Source: Clostridia bacterium (lineage in GTDB: Bacteria; Bacillota; Clostridia; Oscillospirales; CAG-272). Taken from it: DNA of 64,000 bases. Location: contig JAFTKN010000010.1 of NCBI GenBank assembly GCA_017453255.1, forward strand, positions 280,458 to 344,457, in the 5' to 3' direction. The notes under the pieces were generated by a model. It did no database searches. It had not been told where the DNA came from and saw only the letters and a program-made list of their open reading frames with translations. Made by a program: the position numbers and the translations under genes. This document shows positions 20,005 to 29,796 of the stretch, in pieces. How positions within the stretch are numbered: the first letter of the stretch is position 1; every line of letters begins with the position of its first letter.

Positions 20005-21096
20005 TTAATCGAGATAATCACGAAGACGCTTAGAGCGACTTGGATGACGTAATTTTCTTAATGCTTTTGCTTCAATTTGACGAATTCTTTCTCTTGTAAT
20101 ATTGAATTCTTTACCAACCTCTTCAAGAGTTCTTGTTCTTCCATCAAGTAATCCAAAGCGTAGTTTTAATACTTGTTCTTCTCTGTGAGTTAATGTATGA
20201 AGTACTTCTTCAAGCTGCTCCTTTAAAAGTGTATATGATGCTGCCTCTGATGGTTCTGGTGAATCCTCATCTGGAATAAAATCTCCTAAATGACTGTCCT
20301 CCTCTTCACCAATTGGGGTCTCTAAAGAAACAGGCTCAAGCGCATACTTCATAGTATCTCTAACCTTTTCAGGAGTCATTCCAATTACAGCACCAATTTC
20401 TTCTGGTGTAGGTTCTCTTCCAAACTCTTGTAAAAGCTGTCGTGATACTCTTGAAACCTTATGAATGGTTTCAACCATATGAACTGGTATCCTTACAGTT
20501 CTGGCTTGATCGGCAATTGCTCTTGTAATTGCTTGTCTAATCCACCAAGTAGCGTATGTTGAGAACTTAAATCCCTTTGCATAATCAAATTTATCTACAG
20601 CTTTCATTAAGCCAAGATTTCCTTCTTGAATCAAATCAAGAAATGCCATACCCTTTCCAACATGCTTTTTAGCAATGCTTACAACAAGACGAAGATTTGC
20701 TTCAACTATCTTATTTTTAGCTCTTTCGTCACCATTCATCATTCTTTCAGCTAATGCATGCTCTGTTTCAGGATCAAGAAGCGGAACCTTACCTATTTCT
20801 TTTAAATACATTCTAACAGGATCATCGACTGCAAAGCTCTCTTGCATTTTTTCGATTTCCTCAGGACTCATCATCTGCTCAACTTCACTTTCAAGATCAG
20901 CAAATTTGTCGCTTGTAATTCCGTCAGTTATCTCTATACCATTGTTTGCAAGAGTTTCATAAATCTTGTCGATTTGATCCATATCAATATCTTGATAGTT
21001 ATCAAGAGCATCAAGCAAATCATCATTAGAAATACTACCTTCTGCTTTTCCCTTTTCTATTAGTTCATTAATGTCAAATTGTTTTTCTGAGTTCAT
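20005..21096 (-). CDS. rpoD: Primary sigma factor (sigma-70/SigA)
   Basis: 363 aa. Region 2 [17 protein letters not shown]. Region 4.2 [20 protein letters not shown]. Confidence 0.95.
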   Translation of the reverse strand: MNSEKQFDINELIEKGKAEGSISNDDLLDALDNYQDIDMDQIDKIYETLANNGIEITDGITSDKFADLESEVEQMMSPEEIEKMQESFAVDDPVRMYLKEIGKVPLLDPETEHALAERMMNGDERAKNKIVEANLRLVVSIAKKHVGKGMAFLDLIQEGNLGLMKAVDKFDYAKGFKFSTYATWWIRQAITRAIADQARTVRIPVHMVETIHKVSRVSRQLLQEFGREPTPEEIGAVIGMTPEKVRDTMKYALEPVSLETPIGEEEDSHLGDFIPDEDSPEPSEAASYTLLKEQLEEVLHTLTHREEQVLKLRFGLLDGRTRTLEEVGKEFNITRERIRQIEAKALRKLRHPSRSKRLRDYLD

Positions 21097-21111
21097 AATT
21101 TACCCCTCTTA

Positions 21112-22869
21112 TTAACTCTTTTTATTTTTGATAATATCTAAGATATTGTCGTAACCGGCAATATCATTTTTATTTTTTTCGTTTGACAACGAATTAATTA
21201 ATCTCATTAACTCATCTTCATTGTTATTGGTAAGTAGTTCACGAGATGCAACCATTTTCGCTATGCGCGATATCTCGTCAATAGTAAAATCACCCTGAAT
21301 ATACCCTATATCATATTTTCCACATTCCTTAAACGTAGAAGAAACGCTATCAAATATGCGCTTACATAGCGATGTTACAAAATCGTCCACAGTCAAATGG
21401 TCAATTCCAATCTTTAAAAGCTCAGGTTTATATAGCATTAATCCTAAAATTGACTCTTCAATTTTATTTGCTTTAATGTTCAATGAGCTTTCAGGGTTAA
21501 CTCTATCGCCAATCCCACTTGATTGACGAAAGATTTCTGTTTTTTCGTTGCTTTTTTCTTGCTTACGACGCTTATTTAAAATAGAATCAACATCTTTCAA
21601 TATACTCTCAGGTGGAACCTCAAGCAACTTGCTTACCTTTCTTGCATAAAGCTCTCTTTCCACTTGTGCTGGATAGCCAGCAATAGCGTTACATAACTCT
21701 TTGGAGGCCTTAACACGCTCATCCATAATATTAATATTATGAGCTAACAGAATACGATCCATTTCAAACTCAAATTTCGATTTAGAGCTATTAAGTAATT
21801 TTAAAAACCTATCTTTTCCATGTTTTTTTATGTACTCATCTGGGTCTTTAGCTTCTGTACTATCTGATTTAAGAATTCGTACATCAATACCTACATCCTG
21901 TAAGTTTCTAAAAGCTTTATCTGCTGCTCGTTGTCCTGCTTCATCATTATCATAAGAAATTATGACTTTTTTTGTATATCGCGAAAATACACGAGCCTGT
22001 TCAGGTGTAATAGCAGTTCCAAGAGTCGCAACAGCATTTTCAAATCCTGAAGCATGGAGTGCTATTACATCCATATAACCTTCGCAAAGTATCATTGAAT
22101 CAGAACCATGATTTTTTGCAAAATTCAAGGCATAGAGATTTTTACTCTTTTTAAATGCAGGCGTATCATTAGTATGTAAATACTTAAGCTCTTTAATTCC
22201 GTCAAGTCTTCGTCCGCCAAAGGCAATGACATTTCCTGTAATATCAAAAATTGGGAATATTACTCTATCCCTAAATAAATCAAAAACAGAATTGTTCTTC
22301 TTACTTCTTGCACACAAGAAGCCAGTTATCATTTCTTCATCAGAATAACCAAGCTTTTTTAAATGATCATGAAGTGAAGCAAAGCTATTTGGAGCATATC
22401 CAATTCCAAAATGCTTAATAATCGGCATAGAAAGTCCACGTTTATCAATGATGTACTCTCTACCTGGTTCTCCGATTTTTTCATCTAACAACATGCTATG
22501 AAAGAAACGGGCAGCATCTTTATTCATATCTATAATACGCTGTCTACCAACTTCTTTTTTTCCAGTAATATTTGAATCTTCTGGTAATGATATACCACTT
22601 CGAGAAGCTAATAGCTTAACAGCAGAAAGATAATCAAGATTTTCCATTCGCATTGTAAAAGTAATCGCATCTCCACCAGCACCACAACCAAAACAATAGA
22701 ATGATTGAGTTGCAGGAAAAACAGTAAATGATGGCGTTTTTTCACTATGGAAAGGACAAAGTCCATTGAAATTAGAGCCTGCTCGTTTTAGGTTTACATA
22801 TGAAGAAATTACTGTTTCAATATTGTTTCTGAATTTTATATCTTCAATAATTTCTGGTGAAATAATCAT
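21112..22869 (-). CDS. dnaG: DNA primase
   Basis: Zinc finger CPFHSEKTPSFTV..CFGCGAGGD. TOPRIM EGYMDV. I prefer ATG 22869, which forms an ATGA overlap with the upstream stop. The track ORF starts at GTG 22884. Confidence 0.93.
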   Translation of the reverse strand: MIISPEIIEDIKFRNNIETVISSYVNLKRAGSNFNGLCPFHSEKTPSFTVFPATQSFYCFGCGAGGDAITFTMRMENLDYLSAVKLLASRSGISLPEDSNITGKKEVGRQRIIDMNKDAARFFHSMLLDEKIGEPGREYIIDKRGLSMPIIKHFGIGYAPNSFASLHDHLKKLGYSDEEMITGFLCARSKKNNSVFDLFRDRVIFPIFDITGNVIAFGGRRLDGIKELKYLHTNDTPAFKKSKNLYALNFAKNHGSDSMILCEGYMDVIALHASGFENAVATLGTAITPEQARVFSRYTKKVIISYDNDEAGQRAADKAFRNLQDVGIDVRILKSDSTEAKDPDEYIKKHGKDRFLKLLNSSKSKFEFEMDRILLAHNINIMDERVKASKELCNAIAGYPAQVERELYARKVSKLLEVPPESILKDVDSILNKRRKQEKSNEKTEIFRQSSGIGDRVNPESSLNIKANKIEESILGLMLYKPELLKIGIDHLTVDDFVTSLCKRIFDSVSSTFKECGKYDIGYIQGDFTIDEISRIAKMVASRELLTNNNEDELMRLINSLSNEKNKNDIAGYDNILDIIKNKKS

Positions 22870-23882
22870 ATTGGTCTCTTCCACATTCCGGGAACATAAA
22901 GTTCTCTAAATAAATCAATTGCATATCTATCGGTCATACTTGATATAAAATCGCACACGCACCTTTCAACCGATTCGTGCGTTGTGTTGTTGAAATAAAT
23001 TTGAGGCATTTCTTCAGGATGGATAAGAAAATACTCATATAAAATTCTTATCATTTCAATTGCTTTATCTTCTTCAGCTTTAGCAGTCTTGTTCTTATAA
23101 ACATTATCAAAAAGGAACTTTCTAAGTTCCATAGTAGCCTCCCATTTACCATCTTCCATTTTAATATAGGGCTTGTCCATGCTTTCGCTAATAACTGCTG
23201 AAACCATATTATTAATTCGTTCACCATGACCACGACCTAATTCGTTAAGAAGCTCTTTAGGGATATCATCCAATGATAATATTCCACCCCTAACTGCGTC
23301 ATCAATATCATGATTTATGTATGCAATACGATCAGCAAGCTTGATAATTTTGCCTTCAAGTGTAGATGCCTCATTATCGCCAGAATGATTAAGAATAGCA
23401 TCCTTAACCTCCCAAGTTAAATTAAGGCCATCACCATTATTTTCAAGCTTTTCAACAACTCTTATGCTTTGTTCATAATGTGCAAAGTCCTTGTTGTAAA
23501 AACGTTGCATCGCAAATTCACCTGAATGACCAAAAGGAGTGTGTCCTAAATCGTGTCCTAATGCCGCTGCTTCAACTAAATCTTCATTTAATCTCAATGC
23601 ACGGCAAATTATTCTTGCGATCTGAGCAACCTCTAATGTATGAGTCATTCTTGTTCTAACATGCTCATCTTGTGGGAAAATAAAAACCTGTGTTTTATGC
23701 ATAAGACGTCTAAAGGATTTAGAATGAATAATTCTATCCCTGTCACGCTGAAACTCAGTCCTGTTAGGACAAGGTGGACAGCTTTTTTCTCTGCCCTTGG
23801 TATTTGACGTCAAAAAAGCATATTCAGAAAGAAACGTTTTTTCACGCTGACTAAACATTTCACTAACAGTCATATCTTTCAC
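22866..23882 (-). CDS. dGTP triphosphohydrolase-like HD-domain protein
   Basis: 338 aa. HD motif HTLEVAQI ... GHDLGHTPFGH. An alternative ATG start lies at 23873, after GAGGTG. Confidence 0.85.
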   Translation of the reverse strand: MKDMTVSEMFSQREKTFLSEYAFLTSNTKGREKSCPPCPNRTEFQRDRDRIIHSKSFRRLMHKTQVFIFPQDEHVRTRMTHTLEVAQIARIICRALRLNEDLVEAAALGHDLGHTPFGHSGEFAMQRFYNKDFAHYEQSIRVVEKLENNGDGLNLTWEVKDAILNHSGDNEASTLEGKIIKLADRIAYINHDIDDAVRGGILSLDDIPKELLNELGRGHGERINNMVSAVISESMDKPYIKMEDGKWEATMELRKFLFDNVYKNKTAKAEEDKAIEMIRILYEYFLIHPEEMPQIYFNNTTHESVERCVCDFISSMTDRYAIDLFRELYVPGMWKRPI

Positions 23883-23940
23883 CTCGCTTACATATTAAAT
23901 ACGCAAAAAATGAAGTAAATACTTTTTTTGTGAACTTATG

Positions 23941-24561
23941 CTATTTTGTGTCAATCCGTGAATGCTTGAAAATAGGCACAATTCGCCCATTAAATGCATC
24001 ATTAATTCGAGCAACAAAATTATAAGAAACATCAGTTTTTATTGCAAACTCTATTTTAACTGTATCAGAAAAAGTTGTATTATCAATTATCGCTTCATAA
24101 TTATTTAATTCGATAGTGATCTTACTATAATCAGAATACGAGCAATCAATGCTGTAGACTGAATAATCTTCGAAAATAGAAATTCCACCTGCCTCAAGTG
24201 CCATTGACGCAGCAGTTGAATAAGCACGAACTAACCCACCTGCTCCCAAAAGAATACCACCAAAATATCTTGTTACAACAACTAACACATCTGTTATTCC
24301 AGACATTCTGATTGAATTTAAAACAGGCATTCCTGCTGTTCCTTGTGGTTCATTATCATCAGAATATCTCGAAATACTATCACCAATAATATACGCATAT
24401 ACGTTGTGAGTTGCATCCGAATATTCTTTTTTCTTTTGTTTAATAATTTCAAGTGCTTCATTTTCATTTTTTACAACCGTAGAATATCCGATAAACACCG
24501 ATCGCTTCTCGACAAATTCAACTTTTGCAGTGTTCTTTAATCTCTTGATTTTTTTATTCAT
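23941..24561 (-). CDS. YigZ/IMPACT-family protein (UPF0029)
   Basis: 206 aa. KRSVFIGY, DDNEPQGTAG, and a typical YigZ two-domain length. Confidence 0.8.
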   Translation of the reverse strand: MNKKIKRLKNTAKVEFVEKRSVFIGYSTVVKNENEALEIIKQKKKEYSDATHNVYAYIIGDSISRYSDDNEPQGTAGMPVLNSIRMSGITDVLVVVTRYFGGILLGAGGLVRAYSTAASMALEAGGISIFEDYSVYSIDCSYSDYSKITIELNNYEAIIDNTTFSDTVKIEFAIKTDVSYNFVARINDAFNGRIVPIFKHSRIDTK

Positions 24562-24596
24562 TTAATTATTCCTTTTCATTTTAGGCAAATGTAAAA

Positions 24597-25844
24597 TTAT
24601 ATTATATAATCAGAAAAGGCGCCTCTTATCTTTTCATCAGTCCAAGAATATATCAACACTCCGTCATCTAAATATTCAACCGAAACAACCTCTGTTGAAT
24701 TATATATTGTATTAACAATGCTCTGCTTATCATAGGGTATTTTAAAATGAACTCTTCTCTTTCCAAAACGGCATAAAGACTCTAATTGACTTATTAATTC
24801 ATCATAACCAAATTTACTTTTAATTGACAAAGTTACTACTCTACCTCGAGTATTATTTATCAATCTCAAATCATATATTCTTTCATTAGTACACAGATCA
24901 GACTTGTTAAATACATAAAGAATTGGTTTGTTATCAATTCCCAATGAATTTAAAATTCCCTCTGTAACCTCCATATGCTCAAGACATTCTTTATCCGAGG
25001 CATCAATAACATTAATAAGAAAATCACAATAAACCGCTTCTTCAAGTGTAGATTTAAACGCATGGACAAGGTGATGTGGTAGTTTTCTTATAAAACCGAC
25101 AGTGTCTGTAACCAACATTGATATTCCACTTGGGAGCTCAAGCTTACGCGTTGTAGGATCGAGAGTAGCAAATAGCTTGTCCTGCGCTAAAATGCCAGCA
25201 TTAGTCAGCTCATTTAGTAAACTTGATTTCCCAGCATTCGTATAACCTACAATACACGCCTTTGGTATGTTACTTTTATTTCTTTGCGAGCGCATTATTT
25301 GCCGATTTTTTTCGAGCTCAGCTAATTCGTTTTGAAGAAAAGCCAAACGAGATGACAATCTTCTTCTATCAATTTCAAGCTTGCTTTCACCTGGTCCACG
25401 AGTACCAATACCACCACCAAGCCTTGACATGTCCTTTCCTTTTCCAATTAATCTTGGAGCTGTATATTTTAACTGAGCAAGCTCAACCTGTATTTTTCCC
25501 TCTGCACTTGTAGCATGTAATGCAAATATATCAAGTATCAACATGCTTCTATCTATTACATTACAATCAGTTTCGTTTTCAATATTTCTAATTTGTGCTG
25601 GAGACAATTCGCAGTCAAATATTACATCCTTTATATCATTTTTTTCACATAAATCTTTAATTTCTGCCAATTTACCAGATCCAATGTATGTAGCTGGATC
25701 AGGTATATTTTTAAGTTGAGTAATTTTAGCAAAGGTAGAATCACCTGCTGTAGTAGCAAGCCTTTCAAGCTCATCAAGTGACCTTAAACACGCATCTTCT
25801 TGACCTTGTGTAAAAACTCCTACAAGTATCGCTTTATTGTTCAT
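24597..25844 (-). CDS. hflX: GTPase HflX
   Basis: 415 aa. HflX N-domain, then G1 GYTNAGKSSLLN, G3 DTVGF, G4 NKSD. Confidence 0.93.
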   Translation of the reverse strand: MNNKAILVGVFTQGQEDACLRSLDELERLATTAGDSTFAKITQLKNIPDPATYIGSGKLAEIKDLCEKNDIKDVIFDCELSPAQIRNIENETDCNVIDRSMLILDIFALHATSAEGKIQVELAQLKYTAPRLIGKGKDMSRLGGGIGTRGPGESKLEIDRRRLSSRLAFLQNELAELEKNRQIMRSQRNKSNIPKACIVGYTNAGKSSLLNELTNAGILAQDKLFATLDPTTRKLELPSGISMLVTDTVGFIRKLPHHLVHAFKSTLEEAVYCDFLINVIDASDKECLEHMEVTEGILNSLGIDNKPILYVFNKSDLCTNERIYDLRLINNTRGRVVTLSIKSKFGYDELISQLESLCRFGKRRVHFKIPYDKQSIVNTIYNSTEVVSVEYLDDGVLIYSWTDEKIRGAFSDYII

Positions 25845-25854
25845 ATAACCTCTT

Positions 25855-25896
25855 AATAAAATTAAATGGGTAAGAAACTTAAAAGCAACTTACCCA
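25855..25896 (-). terminator. Intrinsic terminator downstream of rpmE
   Basis: Minus strand: TGGGTAAG..loop..CTTACCCA followed by a T-rich tract. Confidence 0.6.
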
Positions 25897-25909
25897 AATA
25901 AATGATTAA

Positions 25910-26122
25910 TTATTTTGCGTTATTTAAACGCTTCTTGAACTTGTCAACACGTCCACCAGCATCTACAAATTTTTGCTTTCCTGTGTAGAAAGGATGGCAC
26001 TTAGAACAAATTTCAACAGAAATATCGCCTTTTGTTGTCTTTGTTGCAACTGTATTTCCACAAGCACACTTTATTGTTGCTTCCTTGTATTCTGGATGAA
26101 TTCCTGCCTTCATTTTTTTCAC
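25910..26122 (-). CDS. rpmE: 50S ribosomal protein L31 (Cys-containing, zinc-binding type)
   Basis: 70 aa. [14 protein letters not shown]...[12 protein letters not shown]. Confidence 0.95.
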   Translation of the reverse strand: MKKMKAGIHPEYKEATIKCACGNTVATKTTKGDISVEICSKCHPFYTGKQKFVDAGGRVDKFKKRLNNAK

Positions 26123-26153
26123 CTCTTTATGTTATAGTTATAATTTTCGATTA

Positions 26154-26183
26154 ATTATACAACATTAGCCACGAATATGTCAA
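26154..26183 (-). promoter_or_regulatory. Sigma-A promoter of rpmE
   Basis: Minus strand: TTGACA (26178-26183), 18 nt, TATAAT (26154-26159). Confidence 0.5.
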
Positions 26184-26201
26184 GTCTTTTTTTAAATTAT
26201 T

Positions 26202-26909
26202 TTAAATTTTTGACTCTATTTCTTTTTTTAATCGTTTAAATATCTTTTTTTCAAGACGTGATATGTAAGATTGTGATATTCCAAGATAGTCCGCAACCTC
26301 TTTTTGAGTCATTTCCTCGGTATCATTTAATCCGAATCTCATATTAATGATTTGTTGCTCTCTTTTAGTTAATTTCAAAATAGCATTTTGTAGCACTTTA
26401 TTCTCTTCATTAATTTCTAAATCCCGATAAACCATATCCTCCTCAGTTCCCAAAACATCTGATAGTAAGAGTTCATTTCCATCCCAATCGATATTTAATG
26501 GTTCATCAAATGATATTTCAACTCGCCTATTATTATATTTTCTGATATACATTAATATTTCATTTTCGATACAGCGTGAGGCATACGTAGCTAGTTTAAT
26601 ATTTTTGTCTGCCTTATAAGAATTGACCGCTTTAATTAACCCTATACTACCAATTGAAGTCAAATCCTCTAAGCCAATCCCGGTATTTTCAAATTTTTTT
26701 GCAATATATACAACAAGTCTTAGATTATGTTCTATTAATCTTGATTTTGCCTCTTCATCAAAGCTCAATCTTTCAATACACTCGTTTTCTTCAGAAATTG
26801 AGAGTGGTGCTGGCAACAAATCTGGACCATTTACATAAAATACTCCCTTTGTTTTTTTTAATTTTAAATACATTTTAGCTATTAATTTGCGCAATTTACT
26901 AAAAAACAT
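26202..26909 (-). CDS. sigE: Sporulation sigma factor SigE (pro-sigma-E)
   Basis: 235 aa. Pro-sequence then [108 protein letters not shown]. Near-identical in pattern to B. subtilis SigE as I recall it. Lies directly downstream of spoIIGA. Confidence 0.92.
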   Translation of the reverse strand: MFFSKLRKLIAKMYLKLKKTKGVFYVNGPDLLPAPLSISEENECIERLSFDEEAKSRLIEHNLRLVVYIAKKFENTGIGLEDLTSIGSIGLIKAVNSYKADKNIKLATYASRCIENEILMYIRKYNNRRVEISFDEPLNIDWDGNELLLSDVLGTEEDMVYRDLEINEENKVLQNAILKLTKREQQIINMRFGLNDTEEMTQKEVADYLGISQSYISRLEKKIFKRLKKEIESKI

Positions 26910-26918
26910 TATGTTCTC

Positions 26919-27713
26919 CTAAACAAGTGATATTGGAACAATAGCATCATATTCTCCAAAGCTTTCTTTATTAACTGGAGCTATTATTGCATCTACACTG
27001 TTATCATTTACTATTATTTTTTCAGGAATTATTCCTTTCAATATTCCATCTATTGTTATATCAGAATAAGGTATATATCTTAAATTTTTTTCGGATTTCA
27101 AATCAATTTTCTTGCTTAAATTACATCTTTCAGAAATCAAAATAACAGACTTCCCAGTTATTGGTTCTACAAGCATATTACCCGAATCAGTTAAAGCTAT
27201 TACATTATGTTTTTCACCTTTATAAACTATTTCTAAATTTACTTCCGAAACATTCTTTTTCCTAACTAAAACCTTACTAAAAAGCATCGCAACCATAATA
27301 GTGATTGAAACTATAATAAAAAATCTTGCACCAGAATAAACACTTTCAAAGGTTTGATCAACCATATATTTTGTTAATACTCGGTTTAATAAAGAATATA
27401 ACGCATTCATTATTCCACCAAGAATGCAGCTTGTTAGTAAATATATTATTAAGCTAATAATTAGTCTTTTAATTTTTTTGTCATAATACGCTATGTAGCA
27501 AATAAATGTTGCAACTAATATTAAAACAAAGCAATCTAACAAAGGGTTTAAATTCATAAAAATTATGAATGTTCCGTAAACACCTCCAACAACCGATGCT
27601 AAAAAAAGACGTAATTTCTTCATTTTCTTATGTAACAAAATGCCACATATAAATATTGAGACGAAATCCATACTAAAATTTATTGCAAACAAAACATCTG
27701 CATAAACAACCAT
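26919..27713 (-). CDS. spoIIGA: Sigma-E processing peptidase SpoIIGA
   Basis: MVVYADVLFAINFSMDFVSIF, five TM helices, C-terminal aspartic-protease-like ALTDSGN. ATG 27713 follows GGGAG. The track TTG start at 27731 would lie at or upstream of the predicted TSS. Confidence 0.88.
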   Translation of the reverse strand: MVVYADVLFAINFSMDFVSIFICGILLHKKMKKLRLFLASVVGGVYGTFIIFMNLNPLLDCFVLILVATFICYIAYYDKKIKRLIISLIIYLLTSCILGGIMNALYSLLNRVLTKYMVDQTFESVYSGARFFIIVSITIMVAMLFSKVLVRKKNVSEVNLEIVYKGEKHNVIALTDSGNMLVEPITGKSVILISERCNLSKKIDLKSEKNLRYIPYSDITIDGILKGIIPEKIIVNDNSVDAIIAPVNKESFGEYDAIVPISLV

Positions 27714-27735
27714 CGTTACACTCCCTTCCAATTGA

Positions 27736-27800
27736 ATTATACATTTTTAAAAGATAGAAAAAGGTCGTTTTTTGATCCGAGCAGAAAAAAAGATTCGACA
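27736..27800 (-). promoter_or_regulatory. spoIIG promoter region: -10 TATAAT plus one perfect Spo0A box
   Basis: Minus strand: TGTCGAA (0A-box consensus TGNCGAA) at 27794-27800, 52 nt upstream of TATAAT (27736-27741). No good -35, as expected for an activator-dependent promoter. Confidence 0.4.
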
Positions 27801-27809
27801 TTTTTTCAC

Positions 27810-27838
27810 TTGCAAATAATGGTATATAGTGTTATAAT
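27810..27838 (+). promoter_or_regulatory. Sigma-A promoter of the ABC exporter gene
   Basis: TTGCAA (27810-27815), 17 nt, TATAAT (27833-27838). Confidence 0.55.
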
Positions 27839-27867
27839 ATAATATATTTAATTCAAGGAGGTATATT

Positions 27868-29763
27868 ATGTACGGACCCCCTCCCCCACCACCTATGAAA
27901 ACAACTTATAAAGTTTCTCGTAGCTTCATGTCTCGATACGCTTATATATTTAAGCTTGTATGGGAAGCAAGTCCAGCAATACTTATTGTTATGTCCATTG
28001 TTTCTCTGCTTAATGGACTTTTCCCTATTTTAGGAGCATATATTACTTCACAACTTTTAAATGAAATTGTTGAAGCTTTTAATTTAGCTCAATCAAGTAC
28101 AAATACAGCTAGCAACCTAATATTTCAAGAGGTATTTCATAACCCAGAAATTCAAATAGTTTTTTGGATTTGTATTGAGCTTGTTTATCTAATTGTAAAA
28201 AGCCTTATTAATAATGCTTATAACGCATTTGTAACTGTGTCTGGAGAGAAGGTTGCAAATCACATAAAGGTCAAAATCATTTCAAAATCAAAGGATATTG
28301 ACCTATCTCAATTTGATATGCCAGAATTCTATGAAAAATTTGAAAATGCAAGTCGCGAGGCAAGCTTTAGACCTGTTCAAATCATAAGTGCTTCCTTCAA
28401 TATGATAAGTAATTTGATTAGCTTGATATCCTTTATTACTGTACTTGCAATTCTAACCCCATGGGCACCAATTGTTGTTTTCGTTATTTCTCTTCCTGCT
28501 GCAATAATAAAGTTCGTTTATGGTAGGAAAAATTTTCTCTATATGCGTAGGAGATCCAAGGATAGACGCCAAATGGAGTATTATTCCAATGTTTTAACAA
28601 ATAAAGACTTAGTTAAGGAAGTCAGAATTTTCAACCTTTCAGATACCTTTATTGGAAAATTCAAATCTACCTTTGCAAAATATTTTAAAGGACTAAAAAG
28701 CTTAATAATCCGTGAAAACATTTGGCATACTGTAATATCTATAGTAACTGCACTTGTTAATGCTGCGCTGTTCCTTTATGTAGCCATAAGAGTCTGCTAT
28801 GGTGACATTAATGTTGGTGATTATTCGTTTTATGCTGGCTCTCTTAATTCAATTATTTCTTGCGTGGCAACGATTGTTGCTGCAACTGCTACAATTTATC
28901 AAGGTACACTTTTCATAGATAATGTAATGGAATTTAATACAGTTAAACCAAAAATAGTTCCTATTCAAGAACCTGCCTTAAATGTTCAAAGACATGTTGC
29001 ACATACAATTGAATTTAAAAACGTTTCTTTTGCATATCCCGGTAGTGACAAATTGGTTATTGATAATCTAAGCTTTACTTTAGAAAAAGGTACTACAACC
29101 GTATTAGTTGGCTTGAATGGTGCAGGCAAAACAACTATTATTAAATTACTTACACGATTATATGATCCTATAGATGGTATAATTCTTTTAGACGGCGAAG
29201 ATATTAGAAAATATGACACCGAGCAACTCTATAGCATTTTCGGCACTATATTCCAAGATTTTGGAAAATATGCTGTAACAATTGGAGAAAACATTTCCTT
29301 TGGCGACATTTCTAAGGATCAAGAATTAGAGCGCGTTGAAATGGCGGCTTCTCACAGTGGTGCAAATGAATTTATACAAAATTATCCGAACGGCTATAAT
29401 ACATCTTTAATGAAGTTTTTTGATGATAACGCTGCTGAGCTTTCAATTGGGCAATGGCAAAAACTATCTGTTGCTCGTGCTTTTTATTCCGATTCAGATA
29501 TTATGATACTTGACGAGCCTACAGCTTCCCTCGATGCAATTGCTGAACAACAAATTTTTAAACAGTTTGAGGAGTTAACAAAAGATAAAACCTCAATATT
29601 TGTTTCTCATAGACTATCTAGTGCAACTACTGCTGATAATATTTTAGTTATAGAACATGGCAAGCTCATTGAAGAAGGCTCACACAAAGAATTAATGAAT
29701 AAGCAAGGTAAATATTATGATCTATTTACTACACAAGCCAAGCGCTACTTAGATGAAAATTAA
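27868..29763 (+). CDS. ABC exporter, fused permease/ATPase (type I half-transporter)
   Basis: 631 aa. Six N-terminal TM helices. Walker A GLNGAGKTT, signature LSIGQWQK, Walker B IMILDEPT, H-loop SHRL. AGGAGG lies 7 nt before ATG 27868. Confidence 0.9.
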   Translation: MYGPPPPPPMKTTYKVSRSFMSRYAYIFKLVWEASPAILIVMSIVSLLNGLFPILGAYITSQLLNEIVEAFNLAQSSTNTASNLIFQEVFHNPEIQIVFWICIELVYLIVKSLINNAYNAFVTVSGEKVANHIKVKIISKSKDIDLSQFDMPEFYEKFENASREASFRPVQIISASFNMISNLISLISFITVLAILTPWAPIVVFVISLPAAIIKFVYGRKNFLYMRRRSKDRRQMEYYSNVLTNKDLVKEVRIFNLSDTFIGKFKSTFAKYFKGLKSLIIRENIWHTVISIVTALVNAALFLYVAIRVCYGDINVGDYSFYAGSLNSIISCVATIVAATATIYQGTLFIDNVMEFNTVKPKIVPIQEPALNVQRHVAHTIEFKNVSFAYPGSDKLVIDNLSFTLEKGTTTVLVGLNGAGKTTIIKLLTRLYDPIDGIILLDGEDIRKYDTEQLYSIFGTIFQDFGKYAVTIGENISFGDISKDQELERVEMAASHSGANEFIQNYPNGYNTSLMKFFDDNAAELSIGQWQKLSVARAFYSDSDIMILDEPTASLDAIAEQQIFKQFEELTKDKTSIFVSHRLSSATTADNILVIEHGKLIEEGSHKELMNKQGKYYDLFTTQAKRYLDEN

Positions 29764-29796
29764 AAAATAAGGTGCAAAATTTGCACCTTATTTTTT
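29764..29796. terminator. Bidirectional intrinsic terminator
   Basis: AAAAAATAAGGTGCAAaatTTGCACCTTATTTTTT. Confidence 0.75.

Noticed and set aside
27895-27897. Second Met (MKTTYK) as the true start of the ABC exporter, which would make the polyproline untranslated
   Set aside because: The sequence upstream of 27895 is CCCCCACCACCT, with no SD. ATG 27868 has a perfect AGGAGG at 7 nt. This is kept only as the refutation test for the polyproline finding.
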